A DNA stretch of 64,000 nucleotides from Mobula hypostoma. Its lineage: Eukaryota. Made by a program: the position numbers and the translations under genes. The notes beneath the pieces are model-generated. The model was not told the DNA's origin. It made no database searches and saw nothing but the letters and a program-made list of their open reading frames with translations. Positions 11,433-24,396 of the stretch are shown piece after piece; the stretch's first letter is position 1; every line of letters starts with the position of its first letter. The DNA is taken from assembly GCF_963921235.1 (NCBI RefSeq), contig NC_086100.1, positions 36,828,001 to 36,892,000 of the forward strand. Direction: 5' to 3'.

Positions 11433-14040
11433 CGCTTGCTTTGGCATGAACGTTAGGAAATGCCAACTGCTTTGCAGCTTCAACAGTGCCAGCGCACCGG
11501 GACATCAGAGGTCTGTGAACACCATGGGTTGCACCTGCCAGGGCCATCTACTGTTCATTACAAACGCCCTCTCAGGGCAACCCTTCCTGTGTGACACAGA
11601 TGCTCAAGTGAGTGTGCTGCCAGCATCACCTATTGAAGAGAAGGCAAAGACCAATGAAACCTCACTGGAGGCTGTCAACAGCGGCAAGAGCCAGACTTGC
11701 ACGACACGATAGGTGACGTTCTGCTTCAGTGGGCGATGTTACACGTGAGACTTTATCCTGGCTAAAGTGCCTAAACCTCTGCTCTGTGCAAATTTCCTGT
11801 GTTCCCAAAGGACTATTAGTTGATCTTAAAAACTGCTGGCTTGTGGATGTCAAGGATTTTGAGTCATTATCCTGTTCCCCCAATAAGTAAGTTCCCCACA
11901 ACGACTCTGCTAAGCGCATGTACCACCGCATGTGAGTTTGCTCGCCTGCTGGGCAAATTCCCAAACCTCAACAAGGCCACATTTTCCACTAGTCGCAAAA
12001 CATGGGGTTAAATATGTACCACATTCCCACTACTGCCCCCTAATAAGCTGGCAACCATGAAAGCTAAGTTTGCCAAAACGGAAAGAAAGACTTAGCATTG
12101 TATGCTGGTCAAATAGTCCCTGGACTTCCAGGTCTGAAGATGGCTGCTGCCCAAGTGGCAATCAGGTACCGATGCCCTAAAGTGACCACTGCCCCAATCA
12201 TTACCTGGCCCCACACAGCCAAGGCTTTTTAGTACAGTTAGACAGAAAGTTAATTTTTTCCAAAGTTGATCTAGTTAGGGGCTTCCATCAGGTGCCTGTG
12301 CGCTTGAAGAACATTCCCAAACCAGCTATGATCATCTTGTTTGGCCTCTTTGAGTTTCTGCGTATGCCATTTGGTCTGAAAAATGCAGTACAGACTTTCC
12401 AGTGGCTGACAGACTCACCAGAGCATCCAAATCCAAACACTCATCTCATCTCTGCACACTTTTAATACTTAAGCCAACATGGGTTGATTAATAACCCTGC
12501 TAAGTGTCAGTATGGGTTGTCAACCACTGACTTTCTCAGCCAGCAGCTCTATCTCCCGAAAAGGAACTGCAGCACATTTGACTGTGAGCTTCTTGGTCTC
12601 TATCTGGCTGTCCGTCATTTTCATTTTCTTCCAGAGGGTCGCCATTTCACAGCATTCATAGGCTACAAGCTTCCTTGTGTACACGGTGGCCAAGATATCA
12701 GAATTTACCACTGATATACAACATTAAGAGGATATACAATACCGCGGCTGATTGCCTCTCACAGCCAGCCATTGAGGACATACACACAGGGGTTGACTAT
12801 GCTGGCATGGCAGCCGACCAAGCTACTGACCCAGAGGTCCAGGCTTACCGAACAGCAGTCACGGGCCTGCGGTTGGCTGACATTAAGTTCGGGGGAACTG
12901 GGGTTTCTTTCCTCTGCGATGTCTCAACCAGTCGCCCTTGCCCTATAGTGCCCGCGAACTGTAGACAGACTGTTTTTAACTCCTTGTGCAACCTCTCACA
13001 TCCAGGTTGGAAGGCCTCAGAAACAGGGTGCACTAAAGTTTGTGTGGCACGGCCTTAGAAGGAACGTGTGTGATTGGACTGTAGCCCTGCGTGGAATGCC
13101 AGCAGGCAAAATGAACAGTAATGTTCAGGCAGCTTTTAAGGTCGGAGTGTTGGTTTGACTACGTCATTGTGGACCTTGTTGGTCCCTTTCCCCCTCCTGC
13201 AGTTTCACGCACCTCCTTATTATGGTGGACCGTACCAGGTGGCCAGAGGTTGCCCCTCTAGCCTCGATGTCAGCCGTAGACCCATCTGATATTTCCTCTG
13301 ACCATCATCCCTAATTCATATCAGACCTCTGGGTCGCGATGGCTCAAAACCTTAGTGTTATTACACCATGGCTTACCACCACAGTCCAATGGCCTATGCT
13401 AGTGGTTTCACTGCTCCTTAAAGGATGCTCTGATGCATTATTATTGGCATGATCGACTCCGTGGGTCCTGCTGGGGCTCAGTACAGTTCCAAAAGAGGAT
13501 CTGCAGTAATCCGCGGCTGAGCCGTTATGAGTGCCAGGTGATTACATTCCTGACACCCTGCCTGTCTGGTCAGCCTCTGAACAGCATTTCACCCTCCTCG
13601 GTAAATTCAATTCCTTTGCACCTATTCTACTTACCATCATGGGATTCTTGGGTTCTGTTGCCCTACATTCCGCCATGATGCACACCAGCATTCCCTTAGG
13701 CTCCCTTGCATTGGCTAGTTTCACCTTTTGGAACGTGAGAAAAGACTTTTATCATAGAGGAGTAAACCTGAACGTGTTATGGCAGATCACCTTAAACAGA
13801 GCATATGGAGTTAAAGAGGTGTGTAAAATACAGTTTTGGAGGATTCCGTTACCATCCCCCTGCCGTCACGACGCGGCCATTAGCGTGTCAACACATCTCC
13901 GGACGAGCCAGACGCACCTTTTTTTTTCATTCCTCGACCTATGGAACATAGAGCACAAGCCGGGCACGTCCAAGCTCTTTACAGGCTCACAACGCCGACC
14001 GGTTCCGTGAATTTTGCGGGGGGTGGGGGGTGGGGGGGTC
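11433..14040 (+). mobile_element. Ty3/Gypsy LTR retrotransposon pol remnant
   Basis: Protease FLCDTDAQVSVLP; RT FSKVDLVRGFHQVP and FEFLRMPFGLKNA; RNase H STFDCELLGLYLAVRHF; integrase HPG and VDLVGP...MVDRT, in PR-RT-RH-IN order; G-rich polypurine tract at about 14018-14038. Confidence 0.85.
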
Positions 14041-14251
14041 TGTATCGGGTAATGTAATTGGTGGAAGCATACAGAATTAACAACCACTAACATTGAGTTG
14101 GGGTTCTCTTTAAGAGGCGGGTCTGACGTGATTTACATAAAGTACTTTAACCGCGTTTCGTCTTCAGTTTTCTGCAGTCCAATAAATGAGTTGCAAAAGT
14201 TTTTTATGAAATATAAAATGCCTCAAGTCGTTTTACTTGCAAAAACCTACA
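14041..14251 (+). mobile_element. Gypsy 3' LTR (211 bp)
   Basis: Starts TGTA just after the PPT, ends TACA, contains AATAAA; LINE tail sequence resumes directly after it. Confidence 0.7.
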
Positions 14252-14420
14252 ACACTACCTCACTAGTTTTTATTTATTTTGCACTATTTATTTAACTATT
14301 TAATAATATACGTATATATACTTACTGTTAATGTTTTTCCTATATTTATCATATACTGCTGCTGCGAAGTTAAACAAATTTCACGGCATATGCCGGTGAT
14401 ATTTAACCTGATCCAGATTC
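14252..14420 (+). mobile_element. Rex1/Babar LINE 3' UTR/tail
   Basis: actacctcact...acaaatttcacggcatatgccggtgat...cctgatccagattct matches the tail at 36737-36942. Confidence 0.7.
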
Positions 14421-14569
14421 TAAACCCACCAGTCTGTTACATGTCAAAAAGTGTCGACTTTGTTTATCTTACTTAGCTAAACTTGATCGCATGCCTTTCC
14501 ATTTTATTTTTTGTGTTTTCTCGACTGTTGTCTAAGCTCTTTGGCTGCTCGGGAAATTTCTCTTTCGAA

Positions 14570-14830
14570 GGGGAAATTGGTTGAAATTCACAATCGCGCC
14601 ATTGCAGCTTCCACGTCTAACATCTTCCCCGCCGTGGCACCGATGCGGCGGGCGGTCGTTGGGTGAAATCGGGGGCGTGATTTCCTACCGACTGTGACAT
14701 CACAGAGCAGTAACCGCACCGCCCCTTGTGGAATGACCAATGGCCAGTCAGCTGGAGTTGGAGGCGAAGCCGGCGGGGGGTTCACTGCTTTCGCCCGCGG
14801 TCGGACAGCAATAAACTAGCAAGTGTGACA
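14570..14830 (+). promoter_or_regulatory. CpG-island promoter / 5' UTR of C2orf72
   Basis: CpG-rich; GC boxes (GGGCGG ~14650, GGGGCGTG ~14672, CCGCCC ~14719), CCAAT ~14737, CRE-like TGACATCA at 14695-14702; lies directly upstream of the ATG. Confidence 0.7.
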
Positions 14831-15482
14831 ATGGATATAGATGAAGAATGGACCGAGAGGGAGTTCCAGGAAGTGGTAAAAGCTATCGGAGGTAGAGAGA
14901 ACATCTTCCTGATCGGGGAGGTGTGCGATAACAGGGACCTGATGTTTCAGTTTGTGAATAACATGTTTTCACGACCGGAGAAAGTTTGCAGTCGAATTTC
15001 GGACACGAAAAGCAACCATGAAATGACTGAACCGCAATGCAAGGAGCAGAAGTCCGAGGCTGACAAAGAATGGGAGTTTGAATCCTTAATTGATTCTTCC
15101 GTTAAAGTGACACACATGGTTAATGGGAGTAAGGAGCAGAGACGTATCAAAGCCCGGTTAATTATCTTCCTTTTCCATCAAGATTTTATCTGTGACAAAC
15201 AAAACGACCTCGTGATCCAAGAACTCCTGAAAGATGTCCGGCAAAGGTCGAGTTCCTGGGAAGATGTACCCGCGCTCATCGGGGTGGTGCACGCTGACGC
15301 TGTCAGCGGGAACCTAAACATTGCTGTCCGCCTCGTAGAGTATTACCTGCGGACAGTTTTCCACAGGCACCCTGCCGAGTGCGTGCAGGCACTTCCCTTC
15401 ATCTCCAGCCAGCCAGCCTCTATGATAGAACTGAAAAAGACCATCAGTGTTATCCTCCGAGCTTTACCGAGCATCACAGAAG
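14831..15482 (+). CDS. C2orf72: C2orf72 (DUF4630) orthologue, coding exon 1
   Basis: Kozak acaATGG. FQEVVKAIGGRENIFLIGE, LIIFLF, ELLKDVRQR, ALIGVV and YLRTVF align with human FQALVEAAGGRGQVLLVGE, LVFVLC, EMLRDVRGR, ALVGVL and LLRAVF (from memory). Phase-1 donor GAAG|gtatcg. Lies upstream of PSMD1 as in human. Confidence 0.88.
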
Positions 15483-15984
15483 GTATCGAGCTAATTATTG
15501 ACATAATAGGATTCCGCATTGTAATTTATCGTGTTTTTTTTCAAAAAAAATCATATGTCCCTGAATTCATTGTACACAAAAAAATTGATAGATCTAATAA
15601 ATCGTAGCTATGATATGAGGAGAGGTTGGATGAGCTGCAGTTGTTTTCTATGGAACAGGGAGGCTGAAGGAAAACTTAATTCAGGTGTCTAAAATAAAGT
15701 GACAGCAATTACGTTTGGTCTCCTTACCTAATTCTTCAGTAAAGAGACAGAACTCCCCACCTGTTGTAGAAGCCATATAGTGAAAATTCGACTTGTGTGG
15801 AAACCCAGCCTCCCTGGAACCAATGTAAAGAGAATGAATGGGTCTGTATTCTCTACAATTTTGAAAGAATTCTCATAGAAACTTAGAAAATTCTTTGACA
15901 GGCTTAATGTGAGAGATGTTTCCTCATACAGGAATTTGAAATCAAGTGTTACAATCCTTGACTTCCTCATTAAGAGACAACAGT

Positions 15985-16946
15985 CAGTGAGGACTGGTAA
16001 TACATCTTACTGACAACACAGGTGCACCTCAAGGATATATACTTAGTCACTGGTCTACTCTCTCTACACTCATGGCTGTGTGGTTAGGCACAGCTCAAAC
16101 ACAGTTCACTGATGACATTACTGTTGTTGGCAAAATCTCAGATGGTGATGAAGAGTGAGATATATCACTTCAACAGCCGATGTTGCAACAAAAGCCTTGC
16201 AAAGGTCAGTAAGGCGAAGGAATTGATCGTGGACTCCAGGAAGAGGAAGCCACACCAGTCCTCATCAAGGGGTCAGCAGTGGAAGGAGTGAGTGGCTTCA
16301 AGACCCTGGGTGTCAATATCTCAGAGCATCTATCTGAGCCAAACACAGTGATGCAATGAAGAAAAAGGCACTACAATGTCTATGCTTCATAAGGAGTCTG
16401 AGGAAATTTGGTATGTCACCAAAGACTAGCAGATTTCTGCAGAAGTACAATGTGGAGAGCATTCTGACTGGTTACATCATTCCCTGGTATGGCGGCAGCA
16501 ATGCTCAGGATTGAAAGGTTGTAAATTCAGCCAGTTTCATCTTGGGAGCAATCTCCCTCACCATTGAGGACAACTACTGGAAGGTGGCATCCATCATTAA
16601 GGACCCTCACCATCCAAGGATATGCCCTCTTCTCATTGGTGAAGAGGTGCAAGAGCTTAAAGAACCACTCACAATGTTTTAGGAACATTCTTCTCAGACA
16701 GAACAGTCCATGAACACCACCTCACTGTTGGCAGAATCTCAGCTGATGACAAGGAGCAGTACAGGAGTGAGACAGATCAGCTACTTAAGTGGTGTTGCAA
16801 CAAAAGTCTTGCATCAATATTTATTTGTGGTACAGTATAACATGTATGTGTAAATTGTAGTGATATTTATGTCTTGCACTGTCCTGCTGCCACAAAACGA
16901 CACATTTCATGATACATGTCTGTGATAATAAACCTGATTCGGATTC
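15985..16946 (+). mobile_element. Rex1/Babar LINE 3' half, degenerate
   Basis: FTDDITVVGKISDG RT motif and tail catttcatgatacatgtctgtgataataaacctgattcggattct. Confidence 0.75.
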
Positions 16947-18685
16947 TCAGAATGAGGAAGAGGTCCTATCCAGTCTACGAACACCCAACTTATGTACAAT
17001 CCATCCCAACGTATGGGATGGATTTTCCAGCCGCTACATGTACGCAGGCATCTTATGCTATGTGGGAACTTGGTTCATGGTCACATTTCTGATGAGTGAA
17101 CCGTTTGGGTTTGAACCCTGCAACAACCTAGGGACAACCTGTACATTGTTTAGAACTAAGATGATAAGTTTCTTTAATGAATTTCTTATCCTGAAGGGCC
17201 ATAAGGGCTTGGTCATTTAATTCATTCAAAACAGATTGTTAGACTTTTGTTACGGTAATCGTGGGATATGGGGACTGGGCAGAAAAGTGGCGCTGAGGCA
17301 AAAGATCAGCCGTGTTCTGGATGACGGGCGGAGCAGGCTCAAAACACCAATTGGCTTAGTCTTGCTCCTATTCCCTACTTTCTTACAAAGGTCCTGGATG
17401 GAGTAAATAAGGACCCATTTTCTTTAGTTTAGAGGTAAATCTGAGTGAGATCGATTTAAAATAATTAGAATTATGAGGGATGATGAAGATAATACTTTTT
17501 CACTATGAGGATGGTAGGAGTCTGGAACTCATCTGAAAATCTGGGGACAGCTATAACCCTCAGAACATCGAATCATTACTTGGATGTGTACTTGAAGAGC
17601 TGTAAACTTCAAGGCTGTGTCCTTGTGGTGAAAGGTGGGATTAGGTTTCTCTTTGGTGAAGACAGGCACCAATGGATTAAATGGCCTTTAGGTGTTAGGG
17701 TTTTCTATGATTGTATTTGTATCGAGAAATAATATAATATTATTCTTCCCAATAATTGTTTGACTAACCCAAATAATTGTGCATACATGACCAATAAAAG
17801 CAGGAAGAAATGTAACATTCTTAAACCATAGGTTTTTCTAGGATTCATTGTACACATTAATTTACTCTGAAGAGAATATGAACGGTTTAGACTTGCACTT
17901 CCTTATTTTTGATTTTTCTTATATGACAGTTAGTGTCACCAAGACATTCAGTCAGCGCACAACTTGCTACAAGTGGGATTGGTGTGAACAGGTCAATTAG
18001 CTAAATTAAAATATCAAAGTATCAGCAATAAACACTATAGAATTAGTTTGAAGACCTTTTTAAAACAATATGTAATATAGGGAGCAAAATAAAGATTGAA
18101 TTGAGAGACAATAAAGATAATAGAATTGTAACTGAAATTGAAGAAGTGAATCTACTCAATTGTTAATGTGTTACGGACAGTTCTAATTAAGACTTATTAT
18201 CACACTGAATAAGGGAAACTTCATACCAGAGTAAGAACAATTTATGTAAAAGTAAAATACTGTATCTGTTGGAAATTTGAAACAAAACCATAAAATACTG
18301 AAAATATTTAGCTGCCTGAGTAACATCCAGGGAGTAAGAAATGTTGCCTGTTGATCTGTCTGTTCTGACAACATTTTATATCAAGTTTAGTTCACTACAG
18401 TGAGGCTTTGCAGATTGCAGACCAGGTGCCTGCCACTGGAATTAGTGTAAATGGGCAAAATGGTCAGCAGGGACATGGTGGGCTAAAGGGCTGTTTCTCT
18501 GCAGTACAACTCTATTCTGTGGTTCTATGACATAAATATCAGTACCTTTCACTATATTTGAATAAAGAATTAGATAAGAAAAGCAGTAATTTCTTTCCAT
18601 GGGGGGCATGTTTGACTGTTATTTCTACTTCATGTAACCCTGGTGAAATTTGCTGTGTGGTTTGTATGGAAATATTGTTTGGTGA

Positions 18686-18898
18686 CACTGTTCCCTCTAA
18701 GCTGTGCGGGTGAGCACCCGGGGAGTAACTAGAATGCTCCCTCGCACATAGCCTTTGTAGTCACGCAGCTGGAATTTCCCTTTATATAATGTTTTATTAA
18801 AGCGCTGTGCAGTTTACAGGCTGGGTTTAAAAACAAGTTCCTGCTTAGTGATGGTTGGTCCTTGCAGCTGTTTTAAAAAAAAATTAGAGGGAACATTG
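18686..18898. mobile_element. MITE (hAT-like)
   Basis: 15-bp TIRs CACTGTTCCCTCTAA / TTAGAGGGAACATTG; no clean TSD. Confidence 0.6.
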
Positions 18899-19212
18899 GT
18901 GTTGCTAGCATAATCCAGGTCAGTATCTTTTTGTTTACGTTTTTTAAACTTGTGTGTCTGGAACAGCAACGAGCAATGGTGCTAGAAGAACTCAGTAGGT
19001 GAAGCAGTATCTTGAAAGGAAATGTTGACACTGTGGGTTGAAACCTTGCATCAGGACAAACACAGGGTTTTGGACTGAAATGTTTTGTATATGTACAATT
19101 TGTCTTTTGCATGTCGGTTATTTGTCAGTCTTTGTGTGCAGTTTTTCATGGATTCTATTGTATTCCTTTGTTTTCCTGTAAATGTCTGCAAAAACTGAAT
19201 CTCAGCATAGTA

Positions 19213-21421
19213 CAGTGGATTCTGATTAATTGGGCCATTGGTTAATTGGCGTGGCAGTTTATTCGGGGCAATACTTAACAACAACTAATTGAGAAAATAA
19301 CCAGGATTCCCTTTGTTTATTTGGGACACTATGTCACTAAGTTGGGAGAGGAGGCTGTTGCCAAACAGTTTCTAACCTATGTCAGGTGCTTGTATTTGGG
19401 TAACCGATAGTTTTAAATAGCATCAATTGCGTGTATTTGTGTTCAAAAAGCAGTGATTTTTTTTTGTCTGTGATGGGTGGCAAGAAATAAGCAGTAAGAC
19501 AATTCAGAGCTGTTTTGCTCACTGTGGTTTCAAGCATTCAGACTTGGAGATGCCAGACATGAGAAAATCTGCAGATGCTGGAAATCCAAAGCAACACACA
19601 CAAAATGCTGAAGGAACTCTGCAAGTCAGGCAGCATCGATGGAAAAGAGTAAACAGTCAACATTTTCAGGCCGCAGCCCTTCTTCAGGACTGGAAAGGAA
19701 GGGGAGAAGTCAGAGTAACAGGTGGGGGGAGGGGAGGAAGAAGTACAACGTGGTAGGTGATAGGTGGAACCGAGGGGGGGGGTGAAGTAAAGAGTTGGCA
19801 TGTTGATTGGTGAAAAAGGTAAAGGGCTGGAGAAGAGTTATTCTGACAGGAGAAAATAGGACATGGAAGGGGGGGAGCACTAGAGGAGGGAGATGGGTGA
19901 GAGAGGGTAAAGGGAATATTGAAGGGAGGGGGGCAATTACCAGAAGTTGGAGAAATCGATGTTCATGCCATCAAGTTGGAGACTACCCAGAACGAATATA
20001 AGATGTCCTTCTCCAATTTGAGTGTGACCTCATCATGGCATTAGAGGAAGCCATGGACTGACATATCGGAATGGGAATGGGAAGTGGAATTGAAATGGGT
20101 GGCTCAAGGGAGATCTCACTTTTTCTGGTAGGTGCTTGGTGAAGCAGCTTCCAATCTAAGTTGGGTCTCACAGATATACAGGAGGCCACACCTGGAGAAC
20201 TGGATTTAGTACATGACCCCAACAGACCTGCAGGTGAAGTTTTGCCTCACATGGAAGGATTGTTTGGTGCTCTGAATGGTAGTGAGGGAGGAGGTGGCAC
20301 TTGTTCCACTTGCAAGGGTAAGTGCCAAGAGGTAGTTCAGTGGGGAGGGACGAGTAGAAGAGGGAGTCGCATTGGGAACGATTCCTGTGGAAAGCGGAAA
20401 GTAGGAAGTGGGTTGGCGGGGGTGGGGGGGATCCTGCTGGAGATGACACGTTACGGAGAATTATGTGCTGAATGCAGAGGCTAGAGGTATGCAGATATGA
20501 GTTCAGTGGGGCAGCAACAAGCAGAAACAATGGGTCTACCTGGACAGGCAAGTTTATGGATTTTGGGTAGGAGGCTGAAATGGGAGGAGGGGGGTTAGGG
20601 AACTATTAGGTTGGTGGCAGTGGATGGGAGATCTCCAGAGTTGGTAAGGTTGGGATGGTGTGGGAGACAATGACCTGGTGCTCCTTAGTGGGTCCTGTTC
20701 AAGGGGTAAATAACAGGAGGTTTCTGAGAATTGTCACCTGGCCTCAGCAAGACTTGTCAGTCTACCAGACTTCTGGAGCACCATCCTTTATCTGTGGTTT
20801 GATGGTGAGGTTAGGATTGGTGCGGAGAGAGTGAAGAGCAGTGCGTTCAGAAGGAGTGAGGTTAGATTTGAAGAAAGGAATGCTACAGTCAGGATGGTTG
20901 TTGTCTCGTTGGCAGTTAGCAATAAAAAAGTTCTAGAGCAGGCAGAAGACCAGAGTGGTGTGTCTAGAAAGATGGGAGAAATAGCTGAATGAAAATGAAT
21001 TTCAAGAAGTTAGGAACTACGGAGAATTTGAAGGTATCAACAGTCATCTTGAATGTTACAATGAAAGTGAAGATTTGGAGGATGCAATTGTCAAAAGCAA
21101 TAGTATGAAGGCAGTCCGTTATCTGCACGAAGTGTCTGCACTATTCATTTACAGTCAATCAAAAGAACATGGCCGTGTACACCAGATGAATTCCTCTGAT
21201 AACTGTATTAGGAAGTAATACAGTTTTGTAGTTTTGCAGTAGTATTGGTGGTATAATCTGATGTGTATTTCACTTAAATACATAATTTGTTACTCAGTTA
21301 AATGGTAGTTTGTCTTTTTTATGCCTGTTAACTATTTCCATGAAACTTTGGCTAATTGCAATAGCCACTTAATTGGGCCAAAATGGGCTGGTCCCAATGT
21401 GTTCCAATTAACCATACATGG
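19213..21421 (+). mobile_element. Tigger/pogo-like DNA element interrupted by a Penelope insertion
   Basis: TA-flanked ends (ta|CAGTGGATTCTGATTAATTGG ... CCAATTAACCATACATGG|ta); residual LECYNESEDLEDAIV reading near 21050; a second copy of the right end lies in reverse at about 42320-42530. Confidence 0.55.
19561..20975 (-). mobile_element. Penelope-like element (RT C-terminus, GIY-YIG region, pLTR)
   Basis: pLTR head gaaaatctgcagatgctggaaatccaaagcaacacacac; body co-linear with the 57430-58835 copy, whose frames show PLE RT and GIY-YIG motifs. Confidence 0.75.
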
Positions 21422-24396
21422 TAATATGTGTTTGTGTATAATATATATACACACACACACTTCAATAACAAATTTACTTTGAATGAAAATGTCAATGATG
21501 ACAATGTTAAGATTCCACCTTCAGAAAGAGTTAGCATCAGTGTCCCTCAAATCAATTTATATTTGCAGTGCCCCCAGATAGGTGCGATTCACAAAGGAAC
21601 ACTAAATGAAATGTAAAGTGAAATAAAAAATGAATAGAAGAGTTGTAAACAAGGGTTACCATTCCTCCTTAGATCCTCATCCAATCTTAACTGATTCAAA
21701 TGACTCAATGTTCTAAACTATAGAAGTCCCATTTTATATCTCTTCCATTCTCCTTTACAAATCATCCACAAAACTCTTGGCTCTTTGACAGAACTGTTTA
21801 GATCCTTAAAATATGTTCTTTTTATCAATTATTGACCAATTTGTTAAAGACCAAGTTACTGCCGTGTTATTTTACAGAATTGCAAGACATTGTTTAATCT
21901 TTTATTCCTAAAGTTCAAAACACAATATTGAAGTTCCTGTTCAGTCTTGTCATAACTAACTTTAAGAACTGTTAGTATCTGAGTTATTTTTACAGAAAAA
22001 CTGACCCAGTACCTTTTGTAACATATTAAAAATATAGAAGGAATCAATAGCAGTGTTCAACAATCATTAGACTGGTGAATAAAGATGATCGTAAAAGAAA
22101 TCTAATGATTCTGATCTGGTTCACTGAGTGAAATGACCCTACATGATGTCAGTTGGTTAGGATTTTGGCAAGGAGTTGGAGTTGGAATTTTGACCGAGAG
22201 AAGATTAAGATAATTAATCCTCATAGTGTTAGGATCTGTATTGCAGATTGAGTATAATTCCTGTTTCCAGATCTTAGACAGTCTCCCTTCAGAGTTTAAA
22301 TCTATGTCCTACAGATTGTTTTGGCATGTAGGGCCCCTTATAAATGAGATTAATAAAGAACCATAAATGGGGGCAAGAGACAGGTAAAAACACAGACTTA
22401 TCAATACTTACTGATGTGCCTATTCTTGGATCTTGTTATTCACCCCCCCATTTCACCAGTGCTTCAAGTTCCAAAATTTACAACTCCTTCCACTTCTACC
22501 TTTCTCTCTCTATCTTCAAAGCACTGTTTAAAATCAATTGACTATGTGCACCAAAGGTATTCAAGTTGGATCTGCCATTTGTATGGTGCGGTATCTTGAG
22601 ATGCTTTGCAATGTGTTTACTTTATAAAATGGCATTGTTGTTGTATAGCACTTACACATTATGTGACTTAATATTTACCTTGGTGGATTTGTTTGTAAAA
22701 ATACATGTATTTTTATACATTTGTTTTATACCAAAGATGATGTGTTATTTGACCAAAGTGCAAAGAAAAACCTGCCTAGGTAAGATGACTTTGAGCTTAA
22801 AGATTTTACTGCAAGGAAATTAGATTTTCACAACGACTCCGATATAGTTACATACGCCAAGAATGGTCATTAGTACTGCAAGCCTTTTGTTATACCTAAA
22901 ATCATAGCTCTGCAAGGAGTGCAATATTGCAATTTAAATCCTCTAGTAAATGGTGACTAGATAGCATGTTTACTTAAATGTCTTTTTATAAAACCTCAGA
23001 AACATAACAAGTCTTTGAACTTCACCTTGGTTATAAGCAATGGAAGTCCTGATGGATTGAATAAGTACTTTTGACAGTTCAGTAATTGCCTTAGAAGAAT
23101 CCTTAGTGGGCTGCACCATATGGATCATCTGTGTCATGAACCATATCACTCTGGCCATCTGGGTCTTGATATCATTTGCATGATCCATATAACTCATCTT
23201 TGTGGGTCAAATGGATCCATACACACACTTTAGGGCGTATCTTGACTGATGTTTGTGTTTGAGACTTGATTCATTTTGATGAAATGTTCAGAACTCTGCT
23301 TAAACTCTCGATCATCTAATTTATCTTCTGATAACTCAGCAACTAAAATTGAAGGGACATGATAGGAAGTTCTTTCTCTCACATAAAAACCTATTATAAG
23401 TGTAAGCTGTACAGTTTTTGGTTGCTAATTCCCTATTTGTCCATTCAAAACCTTCCATTAATTTTACTCCTCTAAACAAATCATTTAACCCAAGAGGAGG
23501 TAAAAAACTGATAATTTGCAAAAAGAGCAAGTATTCATGAAAAGCTGATTACACAAGTCTTTTCTATGAATTTAATTTATTTTAGGGCACTGGAAGCATC
23601 CTTGAAGAAATTTAAATCTGTCATTAGAAAATGAAAAGGAAAATAATGAGAATATGTTTGTTATAAGAAATACATATAAAACGTTTCAGATCAAAAAGCT
23701 CCTTGTCAGCTCTGGGAGAGTGACAAAACAAGTTAGTTTTAAATTGCAGAGAAAATAGGTGAAGGATGGATAGGCCAATAATCTCTGATAAGATGAGGCC
23801 ATGGAGATAAGTTCGGCCTTCTGACAGTAATGGCCATTTCTAGTACAGACAGAGAGCATTAAGTTGCCTGAATATGCAGAATTTGATATTAAGTGTAGAA
23901 AGCTGTAGTATGCCTGAAAGGAAATGAGGTACTGTTCAGAAAGCTTGGGTTGAACACCATTTTTAATGTGCAATAGCAGACTTTTGCTGATATATTGGCC
24001 GTATTTCTCCCCCTCTCCTTTTGCTTTGCCTGACCTGATGGGTTTGTTCTTCAGACCTGCATTTCTCACCTTTTCACATTTGCTTGTCTGTATACTCACT
24101 CTCTAACCGCCTTTACCCCAGAGCTTTGGATCCATTTCTTTCATTCTGACTTCCCTGATTAACTCACCAATCAGATGATCTTTACAATTTTATCCCAAAT
24201 CAGGCTTGACCTCAAAGTATCAGAGTTGCTTCCTTTGGCCCATCCATTCATAGACGTTTCTTGACCTGCTCACTATCTCTGGAATATTTTGTTTTTATTT
24301 CATATATCTGGCATTTGCAGCTTTTAAAATTTTCCTTCATCAGAAAAACACTTTTTAAAAATCTTTCCTCTATGAAAATGTATTATTCAGTAAATA

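Noticed and set aside
14726-14830. N-terminal extension of the 293-aa ORF and two short upstream ATG ORFs (14733, 14740)
   Set aside because: The extension starts at a non-ATG codon with no homology; the ATGs overlap the CCAAT box and are probably upstream of the transcription start
15483-15607. C-terminal part of the 293-aa ORF
   Set aside because: Read-through into intron 1; a phase-compatible donor and downstream exons explain the gene
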